Below are positions 44,927 to 56,435 of a stretch of 64,000 nucleotides of DNA, in pieces (the first letter of the stretch is position 1; the number at the start of each line of letters is the position of its first letter). A program made the position numbers and the translations under genes. Location: positions 27,811 through 91,810 of the forward strand of contig CAVZTA010000013.1 in the NCBI GenBank assembly GCA_963778025.1, given 5' to 3'. The notes beneath the pieces are model-generated. The model was not told the origin of the DNA. It ran no database searches and saw only the letters and a list, made by a program, of their open reading frames with translations. The DNA is from an uncultured Chloroflexia bacterium. Lineage in GTDB: Bacteria; Chloroflexota; Limnocylindria; Limnocylindrales; CSP1-4.

Positions 44927-45748
44927 ATGCGGCTCATCGACCCGCATGCGCACCTCAATGCCGACCGCTTCGCCCACGATGTCGAGCTCGTCGTGGGCGC
45001 GGCGAAGCTGGCCGGCATCGAGCGCATGCTCATCCCCGGCTGGAACGTGGCGAGCTCCGAGCGGGCGCTCGAGCTCGCCGAGCGCTGGCCGTGGCTCGAC
45101 GCGAGCGTCGGCATCCATCCGCATGACGCCGCGAAGGTCGATGACGCCGGGTGGGCACGGATCGAACGCTGGGCGGCCGACGAGCGCGTGAGCGCCATCG
45201 GCGAGACCGGGCTCGATTCGGACCGGCTGTTCTCGCCCTGGGACGCGCAGCTCGAGAACCTGCGCCGGAACCTCGCCCTCGCGTGCGCGACGGGGAAGCC
45301 GGCGATCCTCCACTGCCGCTCGAAGGACGGCCGCCGCGATGCCCAGGACGCGCTGGTCGAAGAGGTGGACCGGGCCGGGCTGGGCTCCGGAGCGGCGCCG
45401 TTCGGCGATCGCCCGGCGGCGGTGATCCACTCCTTCTCCGGGCCGGTCGACTACGCCCGAGCGATGCTCGACCGCGGGCTCGCGATCAGCTTCAGCGGTC
45501 TCGTGTTCCGGCGCGGTGAGGAGGCCTCGGGGCAGGTCGCGCCGCTCGTGCCGTCCGACCGACTCCTCGTGGAGACGGATTCGCCGTTCCTCACGCCACC
45601 CGGCGGTCCGAAGGGGCGCAACGAGCCGTCTGCCGTGGCGATCACCGCCAGCTGGCTCGCCGAGCGCCGCGGCGAGGCATCGGACGCGCTGGGCGCGCAC
45701 CTGGTCCAGGCCTACGACCGCACCTTCCCGAGGGAACGCCCACGATGA
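44927..45748 (+). CDS. tatD: TatD-family hydrolase/DNase
   Basis: IDPHAHL, GIHPH, AIGETGLD, ILHCR, VIHSFSG, VETDSPFL. Confidence 0.95.
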   Translation: MRLIDPHAHLNADRFAHDVELVVGAAKLAGIERMLIPGWNVASSERALELAERWPWLDASVGIHPHDAAKVDDAGWARIERWAADERVSAIGETGLDSDRLFSPWDAQLENLRRNLALACATGKPAILHCRSKDGRRDAQDALVEEVDRAGLGSGAAPFGDRPAAVIHSFSGPVDYARAMLDRGLAISFSGLVFRRGEEASGQVAPLVPSDRLLVETDSPFLTPPGGPKGRNEPSAVAITASWLAERRGEASDALGAHLVQAYDRTFPRERPR

Positions 45749-46428
45749 GCGGTCCGTTCCGTCGTGTCGCGCTCGTCGCCATGCTCGCGCTCGTCGGCTG
45801 CGGGACGTCCGTGGCGCCGGCCTCATCCCCCTCGGCCTCGCCGACGACCCCCTCATCGCCCGCGACGCCCGGGCTGGTCACTCCTGGCGTGGAGAGCGGC
45901 TCGGCGCCGCCCACCCGCGCCGGGTCCGCGACGCCCATCTCGCCGCCGACCCTCCCGCCCGGCCAGACGCCGTCGCCGACCGGGTGCCTGCCGTTCCCGA
46001 CGGTCGAAGGTCCGTGGCCCAGCGACCGGCTCATCGCCGTCGACGTCGACACCGATGGAGGCCAGGACCGCGTGGTCTTCCGCTTCGGTCCGCCGTCCCG
46101 TCCGGGCGCCACGTCTACGGTCTCCGTGCGCGAGGTCCCGGGGCCGTTCACGAACGCGGGGAGCGGCGAGCCCGTCCAGGTCGGCGGGGGCATGTACACG
46201 TCGTTCCGCGCCGAGGGCCTGCAGCTCGTCGGCGCGGACGGACAGCCGACCTTCCCGGGCGAGCTCGATCAGCGACCCGGGCTGCCGGTCGTCAAGCAGC
46301 TCGTCGCCATCGACGCGTCCGAAGGCGTGATGGAGTGGATCATCGGCACGAACTTCGCGTGCGTCGGCCTCGATACGCAGCCCGCTGCCGGGACGATCGC
46401 CATCGGCTACAGCCACGCGGTGCCCTGA
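45745..46428 (+). CDS. Lipoprotein with AMIN-like domain
   Basis: Lipobox LVGC, S/P/T linker, DRVVFRF...EGVMEWIIG pattern. Confidence 0.65.
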   Translation: MSGPFRRVALVAMLALVGCGTSVAPASSPSASPTTPSSPATPGLVTPGVESGSAPPTRAGSATPISPPTLPPGQTPSPTGCLPFPTVEGPWPSDRLIAVDVDTDGGQDRVVFRFGPPSRPGATSTVSVREVPGPFTNAGSGEPVQVGGGMYTSFRAEGLQLVGADGQPTFPGELDQRPGLPVVKQLVAIDASEGVMEWIIGTNFACVGLDTQPAAGTIAIGYSHAVP

Positions 46429-46440
46429 CGGCCGTCCGCG

Positions 46441-47292
46441 TCAGGCCCGGTGCCAGCGGATCTCGAACGACGCCTCCAGCGCCTGACCGGGCTCGAGCAC
46501 CGGCGGATCGCCCAGCGGACCGCCGTTGAGCCCGTTCGGGGCACCGGTCTGCGGCTCGATGCAGATGCCCGCGTCGCGCTCGGTGAACACGACCCAGGCG
46601 ACGGCTTCCGGGGCATGGAGCGAGAGCTCGAGGGCGCCCGGCCAGCGCACGACGGGCGGTCCGGCGACATCGACGAACGTGTCGTCCCACGGGCCGGCCG
46701 GCACCGGGACGCGCGGGCCGCTCGGGATGCCCGGCGGATCCGCGACCAGCATCGCGCCTGCCTCGAACGCCAGCTCGAGCGGGCCGGGCGCGACCCGCCC
46801 GTCAGCCGGCACCAACCGCCGCACGAACCACGGGTGCCAGCCGACGATCACCGGCATCGCGAGGTCCGCCGCCACGACGCGGACTGCCAGCCGCAAGCGG
46901 TCCGGTGCGACCGAGATCCATTGCTCGACCCGTCCGCCGAACGGCCACGGCTCGCCGAGCTCGGCCGCCAGGGCGCACGATGGGCCCCCATCGCGTCCGC
47001 CGACCACGGTCCAGGGCACGTCCAGCAACGTCCCGTGGATCGCATGCGGCGGCAGGGTGGGGGGCAGCTGCCACGTTCCGCCGCGCCACTCGAGGCGGCC
47101 ATCGCGCAGGCGGCCTGCCCAGGGCGCCATCACGTAGCAGCCCCAGTCGATCGCCGTCGGGCCGTCGCGCACCACCAGATCCCAGCCATCGACCCGAAGA
47201 CGGCCGACCCGGCCCCCGACGGCCGGAAGGACCTCGACCTCGACGCCGTCCGCGCTCAGATGGAGCGCGGCCGTCGAACCCTCCACGCGCAC
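46441..47292 (-). CDS. Aldose 1-epimerase / galactose mutarotase-like protein
   Basis: GGRV, MAPWAGRL, HAIHG, GWHPWF, CIEPQT. Confidence 0.88.
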   Translation of the reverse strand: MRVEGSTAALHLSADGVEVEVLPAVGGRVGRLRVDGWDLVVRDGPTAIDWGCYVMAPWAGRLRDGRLEWRGGTWQLPPTLPPHAIHGTLLDVPWTVVGGRDGGPSCALAAELGEPWPFGGRVEQWISVAPDRLRLAVRVVAADLAMPVIVGWHPWFVRRLVPADGRVAPGPLELAFEAGAMLVADPPGIPSGPRVPVPAGPWDDTFVDVAGPPVVRWPGALELSLHAPEAVAWVVFTERDAGICIEPQTGAPNGLNGGPLGDPPVLEPGQALEASFEIRWHRA

Positions 47293-47305
47293 AGCGTACC
47301 GTTCC

Positions 47306-47335
47306 TTGACATCGGCGATGCCTCTCAGGTACGGT
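47306..47335 (+). promoter_or_regulatory. Housekeeping-sigma promoter of groESL
   Basis: TTGACA (47306-47311), 18-nt spacer, TACGGT (47330-47335). Confidence 0.75.
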
Positions 47336-47337
47336 GA

Positions 47338-47364
47338 TTGGCACTCTGACGTCGAGAGTGCCAA
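47338..47364 (+). promoter_or_regulatory. CIRCE operator (HrcA-binding site)
   Basis: TTGGCACTC-N9-GAGTGCCAA immediately downstream of the promoter. Confidence 0.95.
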
Positions 47365-47546
47365 CCGACGTCCACCGGTCGCGAGGAGCGACCAGATGCG
47401 GCCGCAGCGACCCACATCGTGCTCGCGGCGCAGTCGTCGGATGGGGCACTCGCCATCAGCGGATCGGACCCCGTGCCAAGACCCGGTTCGGGGAATCACC
47501 ACGGCGCGACGACGGCTGCAGCCGATCGTCCAAGGAGGGAAGCACG

Positions 47547-47858
47547 TTGGCCACCGCTACCGCCACGTCCTCGAAGCTCAAGCCGCTCGGCGACCGTGTC
47601 GTCATCAAGCCCACACCGCGTGAGGAGATGACGAAGTCGGGCATCGTCCTGCCGGACACCGCCAAGGAGAAGCCCCAGGAGGGCGAGATCATCGCCGTCG
47701 GTCCGGGCCGCACCCTCGACGACGGGAAGCGCGAGGCGATGGACGTCCAGGTCGGACAGAAGGTCCTCTACGCCAAGTACGCCGGGACCGAGTTCAAGGT
47801 CGAGGGCGACGAGCTCCTGATCGTCAGTCAGAAGGACATCCTCGCGGTCGTCGAGTAG
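47547..47858 (+). CDS. groES: Co-chaperonin GroES
   Basis: [26 protein letters not shown]; AAGGAGG SD with TTG start. Confidence 0.97.
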   Translation: MATATATSSKLKPLGDRVVIKPTPREEMTKSGIVLPDTAKEKPQEGEIIAVGPGRTLDDGKREAMDVQVGQKVLYAKYAGTEFKVEGDELLIVSQKDILAVVE

Positions 47859-49652
<1,794 letters not shown>

Positions 49653-49832
49653 TGATGCTTCCAGGAGAGCGAGCGAGCGCGCGGCGCAGTCGCTCCGCCG
49701 TCAGCGGCCGACCAGACCGCCGCTCGTGATCGTGGATGCGGGCCAGAGATGCGAGGCGGCAGCGCTCCTCGAAGTCCTCGATGGCGAGAGGGGTCGCCTC
49801 GTTGCCGGGCCCCTCGCCCGGAACGCCTGGCC

Positions 49833-50631
49833 CTAGTCGAAGACGATCCAGGACACCCTCGTCTTCGCCGTGACGGCCTTGCTGAGATAGATCCGTAGCT
49901 TGCCGGTGATGGGGTAGTTCGGGCGCACCGCCGCGATAGAGACGCCAGGGCGGTAGACCTGCAGGTTCGCGAAGAGGCGCGGATCGCCTCCCAGGCCACC
50001 ACGTTCCCGCAGGTCCACGTCCACGTAGGAACGACCCGCGGCGACGTCGACGGACCCGCTCCGATCGAACTTGATCTTGCCGGATGCCTGGATGGCCGTC
50101 CCGCGGTACCACTCGTGGTTCACCACGAGGGCAGGCAACCGGCTCTGCTCCGAGACGGTGGCTTGGACCCCGATCCTGGCCGCGCTGACGCCGGATGCTG
50201 GCCGCAGGCCTGGGCCGACTGGCCCACACCGACTCCGGTCCTGCTGCTGGCCCCTGAGACGCCGACTTCTGGTGGCGACGACCCCTCCACCCCGAAGGCC
50301 GGCCCTTCACCGACGACGCCGGCGAAGGTTTCGCTGGTACCACGGACGCCGACATACCTGGCTTCGCCGACGACGCCGATGTTGCCGTGCCCGGTGATGG
50401 CGGTGCTCGGCGCCTGATCGTTGAGCTTCCGTTGACGATGAGCGCGTCGCCATCGGCCGAGTTGGTGATCGTCGTGGGCGTGACGGCCGTATTCGTCGTG
50501 CCGAGCACGACGTCGCCGTCCGAGCCGGCGAGCGTCGGCAGGGGTCGCGCCGCCGCCGCGACAGTGGCGGCTAGCGCGCCCGCTCCTGCCGCAAGGACCG
50601 ATCGTCGGGTGCGCGTGGTGCTCTCGTCCAT
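49833..50631 (-). CDS. Putative Tat-exported Gly-rich repeat protein (several frameshifts)
   Basis: TRRSVL twin-Arg signal with AxA site; GVxG repeats; C-terminal beta domain; pieces in three frames. Confidence 0.55.
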
Positions 50632-51092
50632 CGGACGCCCTCCCGCCGGACGACCGTCGACAACGCCGCGGTCCCCGACAGATCGGGGGACGCCGACCAA
50701 GGGCGGGATGTGACGCCTCGATGACCGCGACCGATCCGCCTTCGAAGCGCCGAGCGCGGGCTTGCCGTTCCAGTGGCCACCAGGGGATCGCCTGCCGCGG
50801 GCCGTCGTGCACCGGGCGCGTGCTACGACGAATGGACCCTCATCGTGCGCGGCTCGCGAGGCCATCCGGTGCCGATCCATGCACCCGGTGCGCAAACGAG
50901 CGAGGAAGGGCTCGGGACAGGCCGGTGAAGGCGGTTCGGGGCCCGTCGTTCGTCGCATGCTGCATGGGATGCACGCGCTGGATGTCGGCGGTGTCGGCGC
51001 GCCGACTGCGCCGCATGAGACGATGCTGCGGGACTCGGAGCCGGCCGGCCAGGGGTTGCGGTGGCTCACGATCCCGTCGGGAGGGCCCATTC

Positions 51093-53729
51093 GTGCGCAC
51101 GCGTCCGCTCCGCCTCCTCCTCAGCGCGCTCGCCGTGCTCGCGCTCGCACTGCCGTCGACCGCCCTTGCGGCCGATCCGAAGCAGGACGTGATCGTCGTC
51201 TTCGCCGACAGCGTGGCGCATCCACACGGCCGCGCCGCGGCGCTCGCGAAGCACTACGGGACCACCCCCAAGGCCACGTATGAGCATGCCCTCAAGGGGT
51301 TCGCCGCCCGACTGCCCGCCTCGGCCGTCCGGACGCTCCGCGCCGATCCCACCGTGCAGCTGGTGACCCTCGACGCCGCGGTCCATCTCTCGGACACGAC
51401 GCAGTCCCCGGCCACGTGGGGCCTCGACCGCATCGACCAGCGCGACCTCCCGCTGTCGAACTCGTACACGTACAGCGCGACCGGCGCCGGCGTCGAGGCG
51501 TACGTCATCGACACCGGCATCCTGTTCACGCACCAGGACTTCGGTGGGCGCGCCGTCCTGGGCGCCGACTTCGTGAACGATGGCCGCAATGGCGTCGACT
51601 GCCAGAGTCACGGCACCCACGTGGCGGGCACGATCGGCGGGACGACGTACGGCGTCGCGAAGGGCGTGAAGCTCGTCGCGGTCCGCGTCTTCGACTGCGC
51701 GGGCAACACGACGTGGTCCCAGATCATCTCCGGCGTCGACTACGTCACCGGCCAGAAGCAGGCGCGACCGGCCGTGCCGATGGTCGCGAACATGAGCATC
51801 GAAGGGCCGCCCGATGCCGCGACGGACCTTGCCGTGTCGAACTCCATCGCTGCGGGCGTGAGCTACGCGATCGCGGCCGGGAACGGCAACATCTTCGGCT
51901 TGGGGGTCGATGCGTGCGGCGTGTCGCCCGGCCGCGTCGGCGCGGCGATGACCGTCGGCGCGACGGGCACCAACGACGCGCGGGCGACCTTCTCGAACTA
52001 CGGGTCGTGCGTCGACTGGTTCGCGCCGGGCGTGAACGTCGTCTCGGACGGCATCGCCAGCAAGACGGCGAGCGCGACGAAGAGCGGGACATCGATGGCT
52101 GCGCCGCACACCGCAGGTGTGGCGGCGCTCTACCTGCAGACGCATCCCACCGCCTCGGCGGCCGCGGTCCGTGACGCGCTGTTCCAGGCCACGACGAAGG
52201 ACAAGGTCGGCAACGCGAACTCGACGAACGACCATCTGCTCTACAGCCGCTTCCCGAGCGGCACGCCGAACCAGCCGCCGACGGCCGGTGACCTGTCGAT
52301 CTCGACGGCGGAGGACACGTCCACCGCCTGGACCCCATCGGTCTCCGATCCGGACGCCGGTGCCACGCTCACATGCTCGATCGTCAGCGCGCCGACGCGC
52401 GGTTCGGCGACCGTCGCGTCGGACTGCTCGTCGGGCACCTATACGCCGAACGCCAACGTGAACGGCAGCGACTCGTTCACCTACCGCGTGAGCGACGGCA
52501 CCGATACCGACACGGGAAGCGTCAGCGTGACGATCTCGGCCGTGAACGACCCGCCGATCGCCGGCGACCTGTCGATCTCGACATCCGAGGACACGAGTGC
52601 CGCGTGGACCCCGGCCGTCTCCGATCCCGACAGCGGCGCGACCCTCACCTGCTCGATCATCACGGCGCCGGCGCGGGGCACCGCGAGCGTCGCCACGGAC
52701 TGCGCCTCGGGCACGTACACCCCGAATGCGAACGCCACCGGGAGTGACTCCTTCGTCTACCGCGTCAGTGATGGGACGGCGACGGACACGGGCACCGTGA
52801 GCGTGACGATCTCGGCGGTCAACCATCCACCGGTGGCCGACGATCGGTCGATCTCGACGGCCGAGGACACCGCGACCGGCTGGACGCCCTCCGTGTCGGA
52901 CCCGGACACGGGGGCGACGCTCACCTGCACGATCGTCACGCAGGCCAGCCGCGGGACGGCGACGGTCGCCGCGGACTGCGCATCCGGCACCTACACCCCG
53001 AGCGCGAACGCGAATGGTGCCGACTCGTTCACCTATCGGGTCAGCGACGGGACCGCCACCGACACGGGAACGGTCAGCGTCTCGATCTCCGCGGTGAACG
53101 ATCGACCGAGCGCGGGCAACGACGGCTATTCGACGACCGCGGGCACGGCGCTCGTGCGGGCGGCGCCGGGCGTCCTGGCGAACGACAGCGACATCGACGG
53201 TGACGCCCTGACCGCGGTGCTCGCCACCAGCCCGAGCCACGGGACGCTGACGCTGAACGCGAACGGCGGCTTCACCTACACGCCGGCAGCCGGCTACAGC
53301 GGCCCCGACTCGTTCACGTACCAGGCAAGCGACGGCGTGGCCACGAGTGACCCGGCCACGGTCAGCATCACCGTCACCCCGGCGAGCGCGGCCACGATGC
53401 GTGTCGCCGACCTCGACGCGACCGCCACGACCAAGGCCAACAAGTGGACCGCGAGCGTCACGATCGAGGTCCGTGACGACCTCGGGGCGGCGGTGTCAGG
53501 TGCCGTCGTCACCGGCGACTTCACCAGCACCGGCGGCACCAACCGGACATGCACCACCGCGGGCACGGGTCGCTGCACGATCACCAGCGCCCAGATCGCG
53601 AAGTCCGTGGCCTCGGTGACGTTCACGGTCCGGTCGGTCAGCAAGTCGGGTCTGACCTACACGCCGTCCGCGAACAGCGATCCCGAGAGCGACAGCAACG
53701 GGACGTCGATCACCCGGACTCGGATCTGA
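51093..53729 (+). CDS. Secreted subtilisin-family S8 protease (aqualysin/proteinase K-like) with I9 propeptide and tandem Ig/cadherin-like repeats
   Basis: Signal peptide; triad VIDTG, HGTHVAG, SGTSMAAPH; N-terminal mature WGLDRIDQ. Confidence 0.93.
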   Translation: MRTRPLRLLLSALAVLALALPSTALAADPKQDVIVVFADSVAHPHGRAAALAKHYGTTPKATYEHALKGFAARLPASAVRTLRADPTVQLVTLDAAVHLSDTTQSPATWGLDRIDQRDLPLSNSYTYSATGAGVEAYVIDTGILFTHQDFGGRAVLGADFVNDGRNGVDCQSHGTHVAGTIGGTTYGVAKGVKLVAVRVFDCAGNTTWSQIISGVDYVTGQKQARPAVPMVANMSIEGPPDAATDLAVSNSIAAGVSYAIAAGNGNIFGLGVDACGVSPGRVGAAMTVGATGTNDARATFSNYGSCVDWFAPGVNVVSDGIASKTASATKSGTSMAAPHTAGVAALYLQTHPTASAAAVRDALFQATTKDKVGNANSTNDHLLYSRFPSGTPNQPPTAGDLSISTAEDTSTAWTPSVSDPDAGATLTCSIVSAPTRGSATVASDCSSGTYTPNANVNGSDSFTYRVSDGTDTDTGSVSVTISAVNDPPIAGDLSISTSEDTSAAWTPAVSDPDSGATLTCSIITAPARGTASVATDCASGTYTPNANATGSDSFVYRVSDGTATDTGTVSVTISAVNHPPVADDRSISTAEDTATGWTPSVSDPDTGATLTCTIVTQASRGTATVAADCASGTYTPSANANGADSFTYRVSDGTATDTGTVSVSISAVNDRPSAGNDGYSTTAGTALVRAAPGVLANDSDIDGDALTAVLATSPSHGTLTLNANGGFTYTPAAGYSGPDSFTYQASDGVATSDPATVSITVTPASAATMRVADLDATATTKANKWTASVTIEVRDDLGAAVSGAVVTGDFTSTGGTNRTCTTAGTGRCTITSAQIAKSVASVTFTVRSVSKSGLTYTPSANSDPESDSNGTSITRTRI
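52269..53372 (+). repeat. Intragenic tandem repeat, 276-bp (92-aa) period; three similar units and one divergent
   Basis: Unit starts at 52269, 52545, 52821 and 53097; motifs TAEDT, YTP, G.DSF.Y..SDG. Confidence 0.9.
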
Positions 53730-53800
53730 CGGGACCTGCGCCAGCGCGACGGATTCGGGCCCGCCAGTGGCAATACCGGACATCGCATCCGAGGGGTTTC

Positions 53801-54217
53801 ATGCATCGTTCGGTCGGGCTTGTCCTCGTCGCGCTGCTCGTCGGCGCCTGTTCCGGCAGCGGAGCGTCGGCACCGTCGTCCGCGTCCCCGACCCCAGCAC
53901 CCATCGCGACACCCGCGCCCAGCCGGTCGCCATCGCCCGTCCCGTCGGCCAGTCCCGCGGCCAGCGTCGACACCACCCCACCGCTGACGCAGGCGCAGAA
54001 GGACTGGTGCGTCATCCACACCGGCGGCCCGACCGACGACCTGCACGCGGTCGAGGACATGGCCATCCAGCTCGGGGTCATCCCGGGCGCCAGGACGCGC
54101 GAGGACATCTTCGGGCGTTGGGCCGGTCACACGATGGCCGACATGAACGCGGACCCGACGTACAAGGCCGCCTGCGTGGCCGCCTACGCGACGTTCGCCT
54201 CGCCGTCGCCTAGCTGA
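53801..54217 (+). CDS. Small lipoprotein of unknown function
   Basis: Lipobox VGAC, S/P linker, helical domain with two Cys; GAGGGG SD. Confidence 0.7.
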   Translation: MHRSVGLVLVALLVGACSGSGASAPSSASPTPAPIATPAPSRSPSPVPSASPAASVDTTPPLTQAQKDWCVIHTGGPTDDLHAVEDMAIQLGVIPGARTREDIFGRWAGHTMADMNADPTYKAACVAAYATFASPSPS

Positions 54218-54374
54218 GCCCGCCGGTGGGTTCATCCGAGGCCGGCGGCTGGAACGGTCCGCCAGGGACGTCGGCGATGACCACGTCCACCTCGGTGGTC
54301 ATACCCGATCGCGTCGTCGGATGCACCTCGATCGTGAGCGCCGGATCGGTGTCGCGCGCCTCGCCGCGTGTCAA

Positions 54375-54495
54375 CGAAGGTCCTGGGACCTCGTGGACTG
54401 TGCGCACCGGGTTCGCCGGTCGGTCTCGGCGGGTGGAGTGAGGTGGCGGCCGGAGCGGGTCGAACGCGAGTACTCGACAGGTCCCAGGACCCTCG
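54375..54495. repeat. Inverted pair of short palindromes (REPIN-like)
   Basis: CGAAGGTCCTGGGACCT (54375-54391) vs AGGTCCCAGGACCCTCG (54479-54495), 16/17 complementary. Confidence 0.65.
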
Positions 54496-54824
54496 CGGAG
54501 AGTGGCGCTGCCGAAGACGATCGCCCAGTCCAGGGCGATCGCGGGGATATCGGCGGATCGGGGACCATGGACATGTCTCACCGCCGACGACGGGCCGGGT
54601 GTCGCGGCGAGCACGGTCCTTGTCCTCCTGCGGCGCTGACCGCGTCGTCGCGACCGTCGACACGCGCCGCGGGCATCGTCGGCACCTCCACCGCCGCGGT
54701 GGTGGGCATCGGCCGCCGGCCGCCGCGCCTAGCGCGGGCGAACACGAACCATCCCTTCGTGGGGCCGGGGTGCCGTGCGGTACCCCGGCCCCGCCACATG
54801 ACACCGCCACAGGAGGATCGAGCG

Positions 54825-55205
54825 ATGGTCAGGCTCCGGCGCTTCGGGATCGTGCAGACGGCGACATCGATCGCGGTCATGTACGCGATCGTGGTCTTCA
54901 TCTTCTTCGCGGTCCTTGCGCTCATCACGCTGATCGCGGGCAGCACGGCGCGGACGGATCAGCTCGGCGGGTTCGCCGCCGGGGGCATCGGGCTCCTGGT
55001 GATCGGCGTCCTGGCCGGGCTCGTCTACGCGGCCCTCGGCTGGGTGTTCACGGCCATCGCCTGCGCGCTGTACAACCTCGTCGCCGGCTGGACCGGTGGG
55101 ATCGAGATGCAGTACCTCCAGCCGGCGCCGCCGCCGGCGATGCCCGCCCCGGCGCCGTGGACCGGCCCGGTGCCGCCCGCACCGCCCGCTCCTCCGGCGA
55201 GCTGA
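54825..55205 (+). CDS. Two-TM membrane protein (DUF3566-like)
   Basis: LRRFG, two TM helices, LYNLVAGWTGGIE motif; AGGAGG SD. Confidence 0.75.
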   Translation: MVRLRRFGIVQTATSIAVMYAIVVFIFFAVLALITLIAGSTARTDQLGGFAAGGIGLLVIGVLAGLVYAALGWVFTAIACALYNLVAGWTGGIEMQYLQPAPPPAMPAPAPWTGPVPPAPPAPPAS

Positions 55206-55234
55206 CGGTCCCGACCTCACGGACGCAGAGGCGG

Positions 55235-56299
55235 TCACGCCGGCGCGCTGGCCGCCTCTTCGCTGGTCTCGTCCGTCGCCGGTCCGGCCGTGGCGATCGA
55301 GGTCTCGCCCGCATCGAGGCCGGCCGGTGCGTCGGCGGCAGTCCGCTTCTCGCCCTCTGGTGGCTTCGCCTTGCCGCCCGGTCCGTGGGCCCTGTTCCAC
55401 TCGTCGCGGTAGAAGATCCAGTAGCTGCGGTGCTCCTCCGGGCCGAGCATCGGGAGGCGGGTGCTGCCGTCGTCACCCGGGTTCCCGCGGATCTGCCACC
55501 GGACGATGGCCCGGCCCTTCGCCTTGGACACCGCCTCCGCACCGCTCGTGTCGCCCGGGTTCTCCGTCAGGTGCCGCGCTCGCCAGTCGTTCCGGACGCG
55601 CTTGTACTGGGCGTACGCATCGGCCAGCGGACCCGACCCGAGGGCGCCCGCCGGATCGGCCTCGAAGCGCGCCTCGAACGACAGCGCCGTCGCCGTCGTC
55701 TCCTCCTCGACCATCCGCTCCACGTACTCCGCGCGGTCCGGGCTCTCCTCCGCGACCGGCGACTTGCCCTGCTTGAACCGCTGGGCATGCAGCATCTCGT
55801 GCACGAAGTACGCGGCCAGCTGTCCGGGGTCCATCGTCCGCTTCAGGTAGCACCGGTTGTGCGATGGCGCGTACCCCGCGATCTTGCCGCCCGGAGCGCC
55901 GTTGTCGGTGAACTCCAGCGCCACCTGGTAGACCGCCGCGATCGCGAGCGCCTTCTGCCCGATGCTCGACCCGCGAAGCGCGGCGAACATCGCCTTGCCA
56001 CCCGGATCCGTGGGCAGCGGCGGCTCCGTCGATGCGGGCGCGTTCTGGCCGCTGCCGCCCGACGGCAGCGGGATGGGCTGGTCATGCGTCGGGCCGTCAC
56101 GCTGGACGACCGGAGCGTCGGCACCCAGCAGTGAGCCCATCGCCCGATTCCCGGCCAGCTCCTGGAACGCGCTGGCGGCTTCGAGCAGCTCATCGCCGCG
56201 CAGGTTGGGCAGGAGCGACGGCTGGACCGAACGCGTTCGTGCCGCACCGTGACCGTTCGGCGCGGACGGATCGACCGTCCGATGGAGGCGGCTCCGCAC
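55235..56299 (-). CDS. Hypothetical protein with HExxH zincin motif (start uncertain)
   Basis: FVHEMLHA followed by a downstream EEE helix; N-terminal QELAGNRAM...VVQRD motif. Confidence 0.6.
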   Translation of the reverse strand: MRSRLHRTVDPSAPNGHGAARTRSVQPSLLPNLRGDELLEAASAFQELAGNRAMGSLLGADAPVVQRDGPTHDQPIPLPSGGSGQNAPASTEPPLPTDPGGKAMFAALRGSSIGQKALAIAAVYQVALEFTDNGAPGGKIAGYAPSHNRCYLKRTMDPGQLAAYFVHEMLHAQRFKQGKSPVAEESPDRAEYVERMVEEETTATALSFEARFEADPAGALGSGPLADAYAQYKRVRNDWRARHLTENPGDTSGAEAVSKAKGRAIVRWQIRGNPGDDGSTRLPMLGPEEHRSYWIFYRDEWNRAHGPGGKAKPPEGEKRTAADAPAGLDAGETSIATAGPATDETSEEAASAPA

Positions 56300-56423
56300 G
56301 ACCTCAGCATCCGCCCGCGTGCGCCGGCACGCCATGTCCGAACGGGCAGACCTGCGATCAGCGGTCGGCTCGAGCCCGGCCATCCGAAGGCTTCCCGGAG
56401 AGCCCGGGCGAAGGGCCCCGACC

Positions 56424-56429
56424 TACAAT
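56424..56429 (+). promoter_or_regulatory. -10 hexamer TACAAT 6 nt before the pcrA GTG (leaderless-type)
   Basis: TACAAT-N6-GTG(56436). Confidence 0.6.
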
Positions 56430-56435
56430 CCACGG

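Noticed and set aside
43778-45856. 692-aa minus-strand ORF
   Set aside because: Only the last 217 aa are protein-like; the upstream part is antisense to tatD and crosses the repeat region.
47443-47479. Second CIRCE
   Set aside because: GGCACTC and GTGCCAA half-sites are present but not at the 9-nt spacing.
52269-53372. CRISPR-like or mobile repeat
   Set aside because: The 276-bp in-frame units encode Ig-like domains; there is no repeat-spacer pattern and no cas gene.
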